Positions 26,092 to 30,708 of a DNA stretch of 30,708 bases are shown one piece after another. The stretch spans positions 1 through 30,708 of IMG/VR virus record IMGVR_UViG_3300017978_000433; one strand, written 5' to 3'. This stretch comes from a virus (taxonomy: Duplodnaviria; Caudoviricetes). How positions within the stretch are numbered: position 1 is the stretch's first letter; the number at the start of each line of letters is the position of its first letter. The notes beneath the pieces were generated by a model that saw only the letters and a list, made by a program, of their open reading frames with translations, was not told the origin of the DNA and made no database searches. The position numbers and the translations under genes were made by a program.

Positions 26092-26739
26092 ATGCCAGTT
26101 CAAATCAAACAATCTCGCACTGCTGCCCAGATCGCCGCTCTCGATATCTTCGAGAAGAACAAGTACGATCTAAAGACAGCCTTCCGTAAGTCGAAGGCTT
26201 GGTATGAACAGCAGATGATTTTGTTAATGAAACAAATTAACAGCCCATGGATGGTTCTGAAGGGCAACCCAACGCAGCTCACAACTAAGCTGATGCCTGG
26301 GAAGATGTATATGTACATCTATGACCCGTTATACAAAGACAAACTCCCTTACTTTGATCGTTTCCCGTGCACGTTGTTATACCAACGATCTATTAGTGGG
26401 TTCAGTGGAATCAACTTCCATTACCTACCATACCAGATGCGTGTACACTTACTGTTCCATTTGATGCAGTATAAGACAAACGCTAAGATGGATGAATCAA
26501 CTCGTATCAAATATAGTTGGGCAGCCATCAAAGGTGTTACGAAGTTTGCAGCCGCTGTTCCAGCGTTTCATAATTATAACTTCGGTGGGTTAAGATCTAC
26601 CTTTCGAGAAATTAGAGCATATGACTGGACAACTGCTGTATTGTTACCAGTCGAACAATTCGTTAAAGCCCCTGATGACAGAATCTGGGATAAGTCAAGA
26701 CAGGCTGTTAACAAAATGAAACGAAAGAAGAAAAAGTAA
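26092..26739 (+). CDS. gp2: DNA end protector protein gp2
   Basis: GKMYMY.YDP..KDKLPY.DRFP, GINFHYLP...R and W..AV.LP.E.F motifs; adjacent to gp4. Confidence 0.9.
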   Translation: MPVQIKQSRTAAQIAALDIFEKNKYDLKTAFRKSKAWYEQQMILLMKQINSPWMVLKGNPTQLTTKLMPGKMYMYIYDPLYKDKLPYFDRFPCTLLYQRSISGFSGINFHYLPYQMRVHLLFHLMQYKTNAKMDESTRIKYSWAAIKGVTKFAAAVPAFHNYNFGGLRSTFREIRAYDWTTAVLLPVEQFVKAPDDRIWDKSRQAVNKMKRKKKK

Positions 26740-26740
26740 A

Positions 26741-27460
26741 ATGGCGACAACTAATAGACAAAAAGATTTTATTGCAGAAATCAAAACCAAAGGTATCGCT
26801 AGAACGAACCGCTTCACGGTAGACTTTACTCCACCGAAAGCAATGCCTGAGCTAACAAAGAGAATGTTACTATTCTGCGAGAAGGCTAGTCTTCCTGGTA
26901 TCAATTTCGCAACAACTACCAACCGTTCATACGGTGAAACACGAGAAGTGGTTTACGATCGTATGTATGACCCGATCACGTTGACGTTCCACGTAGATCG
27001 CGCAATGACAGTTAAAACTATTTTCGATCAATGGTCACAATATATCGTCAACCCAATTGATAGATCTGTTGGATGGTATAATGATTACGTTACGCCAATG
27101 ACTATTCGTATTCAAGACTTGGAAGATAAGTCAACTTATCTCGTGCAGTTGTTTGAAGCGTACCCAAAGTCAATTGGTGCTGTTTCTTTAGATTCTCAGA
27201 ACAATAGTGATACCATGAGATTGGATGTTACATTCCAATATAAGTATTGGTATGCTGTTCCTATCGAACAAGACCCATACACTAAGCTAGAAAAGACTGC
27301 TGGTGGTTTCAAAGGGTATTTCGACAACTTTTCAGGCTTCCAAGAGAAGTTTGGTAAAGGTTTGGGTGAGGCTGGTAACTTCATTACTGGCGCAGTTGGA
27401 CAATATGCTATGCGTGGATTCTCTCAAGTTACAAGTAGAATCCCGTCTATTCGTTTTTAA
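26741..27460 (+). CDS. gp54: Baseplate tail-tube initiator gp54 (gp19 tube fold)
   Basis: ARTNRF.V, C....LPG, Y...Y....LTF.VD, F..W, L.EAYP..I....L, V.F.Y..W motifs plus a C-terminal extension. Confidence 0.72.
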   Translation: MATTNRQKDFIAEIKTKGIARTNRFTVDFTPPKAMPELTKRMLLFCEKASLPGINFATTTNRSYGETREVVYDRMYDPITLTFHVDRAMTVKTIFDQWSQYIVNPIDRSVGWYNDYVTPMTIRIQDLEDKSTYLVQLFEAYPKSIGAVSLDSQNNSDTMRLDVTFQYKYWYAVPIEQDPYTKLEKTAGGFKGYFDNFSGFQEKFGKGLGEAGNFITGAVGQYAMRGFSQVTSRIPSIRF

Positions 27461-27475
27461 TTTTTGGATTTGTAT

Positions 27476-27892
27476 ATGAATACTGATGAGTCTTTGTCAA
27501 AGATATTTGATATTGAACCTATGAAAGAACAAGAGGTGGAGGTTCTACCAGCAACTGGTGAACCTAAACACACGTCTGCTAAAATAGAAGACGACTATGA
27601 TCACGCGAGGGATAACCTCCGCGAACTTCTTACACAAGGTAAGGCTGCTCTAGAAACAGCTTTATCCGTTGCTAAGCAAAGTGAACATCCAAGAGCTTTT
27701 GAAGTTGTAGGTGGGTTGATGAAACAACTCGCTGATATCAACCAACAGCTTATGGATGTACACCAACAGAAAAAGAAACTTGAAGAACCTGTAAAGGGTG
27801 TAGCTTCTAAAGAAGTCACAAATAATAATGCTATCTTCGTTGGTAGCACATCTGACTTGAGTAAAATGATTAAGAAAATGACAGGAGAATAA
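27476..27892 (+). CDS. gp16: Terminase small subunit gp16
   Basis: Probable ATG 27476; DDY..AR.NL, A..SEHPRAFEV...L.K, NN.IFVGST.DL motifs typical of T4-like gp16. Confidence 0.85.
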   Translation: MNTDESLSKIFDIEPMKEQEVEVLPATGEPKHTSAKIEDDYDHARDNLRELLTQGKAALETALSVAKQSEHPRAFEVVGGLMKQLADINQQLMDVHQQKKKLEEPVKGVASKEVTNNNAIFVGSTSDLSKMIKKMTGE

Positions 27893-27893
27893 T

Positions 27894-28610
27894 ATGGCTT
27901 TACCAATGAATACACAACCAACGTTCAACATGACTATTCCGTCAAGCGGAAAGGTTGTTCGTTTTAGACCGTTTGTGGTTAAAGAAGAAAAGGCGCTTCT
28001 AATTGCTCAGCAATCTGAAGACCCAACAGTTATGGTCGATACGTTAAAGAACGTATTCACTAGCGTTATCCAAGATAAGTTTGATGTAGATAATCTAGCC
28101 ATCTTTGATATTGAATACATGTTCTTGCAGATTCGTGGTAAATCCGTTGGTGAAACTATTGACTTGTTATTCCAATGCGATGACGATCACGGTGAACAAA
28201 ACGAAAAAGCACGATCAAAGGTTACTATTAACATCAGCGATTTGTCTGTTGTTAAACCAGAAGGTCATAGCAACAAGATTGAGTTGTTTAACAAGGTTGG
28301 TATCATCATGAAGTACCCAACGCTTGAGACTCAAGACTTACTGAAAGACGCTGATGATATTGAACAAGTGTTCAACCTAGTGGCTGACTTGATTGATTGT
28401 ATCTATGATGGCGATGATGTATACTATGGCCACGAAACAAAGCGTGAAGAAACATTACAGTTCTTGAATAACTTAACAACTGAGCAGTTCGGTAAGATTC
28501 AAAAGTTCTTTGAAACTATGCCTAAGATTTCAACTAAGGTTGAATACAAGTGCCCGATCTGCGGTAAAGAACACCATAAGGTATTGGAAGGTCTACAAAG
28601 TTTTTTCTAA
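27894..28610 (+). CDS. gp26: Baseplate hub assembly protein, gp26-like (putative tail assembly chaperone)
   Basis: MALP...P.F...IPS....V.FRPF.VKEEK.LL, FDIEYMFL.IR.KSVGE, MKYP, FF.TMP, CPIC, ends GLQSFF; AGGAG SD. Confidence 0.88.
   Translation: MALPMNTQPTFNMTIPSSGKVVRFRPFVVKEEKALLIAQQSEDPTVMVDTLKNVFTSVIQDKFDVDNLAIFDIEYMFLQIRGKSVGETIDLLFQCDDDHGEQNEKARSKVTINISDLSVVKPEGHSNKIELFNKVGIIMKYPTLETQDLLKDADDIEQVFNLVADLIDCIYDGDDVYYGHETKREETLQFLNNLTTEQFGKIQKFFETMPKISTKVEYKCPICGKEHHKVLEGLQSFF
28601..28607 (+). other. Candidate -1 ribosomal frameshift site T TTT TTC
   Basis: X XXY YYZ heptamer in the correct phase on the last codons of gp26; the -1 frame reads CTA ATG GCT... into gp51. Confidence 0.55.
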
Positions 28611-28795
28611 TGGCTCTCGGGCATGAATCTCTGCAGAACTACTATCGTATGAACTTTGCACTTATGCAATATCATAAATATTCGTTAGCAGAGTTGGAAG
28701 ATATGCTGCCATTTGAACGAGAGCTTTATGTGCATATGTTAGTCCAATACCTAGAAGAAGAAAAACAACGGATCGAATCCAAGAAGAGGATATAA
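28610..28795 (+). CDS. gp51: Baseplate hub assembly catalyst, short gp51-like
   Basis: NYY..NFALMQ.HKYSL.E.E.M.P.ER..YV..L motif; 61 aa; in the -1 frame relative to gp26. Confidence 0.85.
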   Translation: MALGHESLQNYYRMNFALMQYHKYSLAELEDMLPFERELYVHMLVQYLEEEKQRIESKKRI

Positions 28796-28798
28796 GAA

Positions 28799-30708
28799 AT
28801 GCCTAAAAGAAGTAGCAAGGGACCAATGAAAAGTGTAGCCAGAGGCGTTAAAACCGCCAACGGTTCGCTTGGTGCAATCACAGCTGTATTGGACCAACAG
28901 TCCCAAGCACTTCAACAGATCCAAGTTGCCGCTCAAGGTAATGACGCTTCTAATCAAAGTGATGCTAAAGTCTTAATGTCTATTAAGATTCAGCAAGCTC
29001 AACTAGAACTACAAAAGGATCAAGCAGCCTTCCTGAAGAAAATCTCTGAAGGGCAGAACAAACAGATCGAAGCCTTACAAAAAGGTAACAAAGACTGGAA
29101 GGGTGTTGGCGATAGATTCAAGGATCTAAAGCGTAACGTATCTGATGCGCTTGACCCTAATACCATCAAGAAAGCAATGCTTGGACCATTCAGTATGTTC
29201 AAGGGTGCTCGTAATAAGATGGAAGACCTTGATTACGCTAAACGTATGAAGGCTCTTGGTTCAGACAAAACACCAAAGCAATTAAGAGAAGACGCTAAAG
29301 AACGTAGAGGCGCCAAAGAAAGTGCTCTAAGAGCTGGTGATGATATTGCTCGTCTGAGAAAAATGGGTGCTTCTGAAGAACAGATTAACGCATCCGACGC
29401 AGGTAAGAGAAGAAACTCTTCTTTGGCTAAGATGAATAGTCTAGATAAAGTTACTTCAACAAGCGACGCTAATAATAAGATGGGTGGCAACGTTGCTTTC
29501 AAGAGTGCACCATTAGCTAAAACGCCTTCAGATAAAGGTCAGGTCGCTCAATCAACAACAGACTTACTAGCTGAACAACAAGCTAGTAAAGAAAACCAAT
29601 CAGAGATGTTACGTTTGACTGGTGGTCAAATGGACTACTTGGCTCAGATTGCAGCTAACACTGCAGCGATGGCAGGTATTCAAGGCTCATCTGCAGGTGG
29701 TGGCGAAGACTCTGGACGTGGCGCTAAACCAAAATCTAGTATCGGTAAACTTGCCACTGGCATCAGCGATACTATGGGTGCACTTGGTTCTGGTGTTTCT
29801 GCTATCGGTAAAGGTATTGGCGATGGCATTGGTTCCATCTTCAAAGGTATCCTTGGTGGATTATCCGATGGTATCAAACTATTCGCTTCAGCTAAGACTG
29901 TGGCTGGTATCGCTGTTATGGGTTTACTGACTGCAGTTGTTTGGGGTATGAGTAAGGCTCTAGAGAATTTCGCTAACTTAGATTGGGAAACTCTAGGCAA
30001 AGCTGGCGTTACAATCGCTGCTCTAATTGGCGCTGGTGCTCTAGCTGGTACGATGGCTCCACTACTTGGTCTTGGTGCATTGGCTATGACTGGACTTGGT
30101 GCTGCTGTTTGGGTTATCGGTGCTGCTATGCAGTCAATGGGTGAAGGTCTTGAAACCTTTACGAGCGGTCTAGAAAGACTAGCTAACATTGACGGTGGCG
30201 CTTTGATGGGTGTTGCCGCTGGTGTTGGTGCGCTTGGAGCTGCTATTGCTGCTTTCGGCGCTGGTCAAGCAGTTGCTGGTCTTGGTACTCTGGTTGGTAA
30301 CCTATTGACTATCGGTCAAGATTCTCCAGTTGAACAGCTAATTAAGATTGGTACAGTTGGTGCTGGTGTTAAAGACGCAGCTGATGGTTTGGGCGCAATG
30401 TCCGGAGCCATGAAAGAGTTTGCCAAAGTAGACTCTAATTCAATGAAGGCTGTTAAGGATTTCCCGTGGGAACAAGCAACTAAGTTCGCTGCTGCTGGCG
30501 GTGCTATGTCTGTTGCTGGTGCTTCAGTTTATAATTCGTCTAAAGGTAATGCCGACGAACAGGCTAAAGTCGATGGTAAGAAAGGTGGCGCTGTTGTTAA
30601 TGCTCCAACTTCTAACGTTTCTAATAGTAGTCAAACAAACGTTATTAAACCACCTGTTAGAAATAGTGAATCAAGTTATAACAAATATCTAAGTAAACGT
30701 TTTACTTA
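28799..30708 (+). CDS. Tape-measure-like protein (gp29 equivalent), about 636 aa; stop codon cut by the window edge
   Basis: Not in the ORF track. Translated by hand: open from ATG 28799 (MPKRSSKGPMK...) to ...YNKYLSKRFT followed by TA at the edge; helical Q/K/E-rich N-half, Gly/Ala-rich hydrophobic middle, Asn/Ser-rich C-terminus; follows gp26/gp51. Confidence 0.75.
   Translation, partial: MPKRSSKGPMKSVARGVKTANGSLGAITAVLDQQSQALQQIQVAAQGNDASNQSDAKVLMSIKIQQAQLELQKDQAAFLKKISEGQNKQIEALQKGNKDWKGVGDRFKDLKRNVSDALDPNTIKKAMLGPFSMFKGARNKMEDLDYAKRMKALGSDKTPKQLREDAKERRGAKESALRAGDDIARLRKMGASEEQINASDAGKRRNSSLAKMNSLDKVTSTSDANNKMGGNVAFKSAPLAKTPSDKGQVAQSTTDLLAEQQASKENQSEMLRLTGGQMDYLAQIAANTAAMAGIQGSSAGGGEDSGRGAKPKSSIGKLATGISDTMGALGSGVSAIGKGIGDGIGSIFKGILGGLSDGIKLFASAKTVAGIAVMGLLTAVVWGMSKALENFANLDWETLGKAGVTIAALIGAGALAGTMAPLLGLGALAMTGLGAAVWVIGAAMQSMGEGLETFTSGLERLANIDGGALMGVAAGVGALGAAIAAFGAGQAVAGLGTLVGNLLTIGQDSPVEQLIKIGTVGAGVKDAADGLGAMSGAMKEFAKVDSNSMKAVKDFPWEQATKFAAAGGAMSVAGASVYNSSKGNADEQAKVDGKKGGAVVNAPTSNVSNSSQTNVIKPPVRNSESSYNKYLSKRFT

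Noticed and set aside
28673-28680. CATAAATA inside gp51 (also GATAAATA at 18800-18807 and AATAAATA at 134-141 on the minus strand) as late promoters
   Set aside because: All are inside coding sequence, the first is explained by the conserved HKY codons, and chance hits are expected in AT-rich DNA; not callable without TSS data.
28751-30692. Short ORFs called in the right-hand 2 kb
   Set aside because: All are explained as shadows of the long + strand ORF starting at 28799.

Overview
This window is a tightly packed late (virion morphogenesis) region of a large T4-like myophage; the gene set resembles non-enteric, environmental T4-like phages more than T4 itself. Two gene blocks diverge from an AT-rich gap at about 25603-25640. 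The leftward (-) block encodes, in order: gp48, gp53, a gp27-like hub, gp5 spike, a gp5.1-like protein, a tail-collar fibre, PAAR gp5.4, gp25, gp6, a gp7-like wedge, a 154-aa fibre-anchor-like protein, an expanded gp8, a 2444-aa VrlC/DUF4815-like virion protein, a small coiled-coil protein and a tail fibre with an S74 chaperone. The rightward (+) block encodes gp4, gp2, gp54, gp16, gp26, gp51 and a ~636-aa tape-measure-like ORF that the ORF track missed. Main points of interest: (1) a canonical -1 slippery heptamer (T TTT TTC) that would fuse gp26 to gp51 directly upstream of the tape measure gene, like lambda G/GT; (2) a gp5 spike with two unrelated putative peptidoglycan hydrolases (GH19-like and a C-terminal M15 peptidase); (3) baseplate wedge proteins expanded by repeated modules, including four CBM-like units; (4) crossed and near-leaderless T4-type late promoters. 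No RNA genes, CRISPR arrays or mobile elements were seen. All family assignments come from motif recognition by eye, not from database searches.
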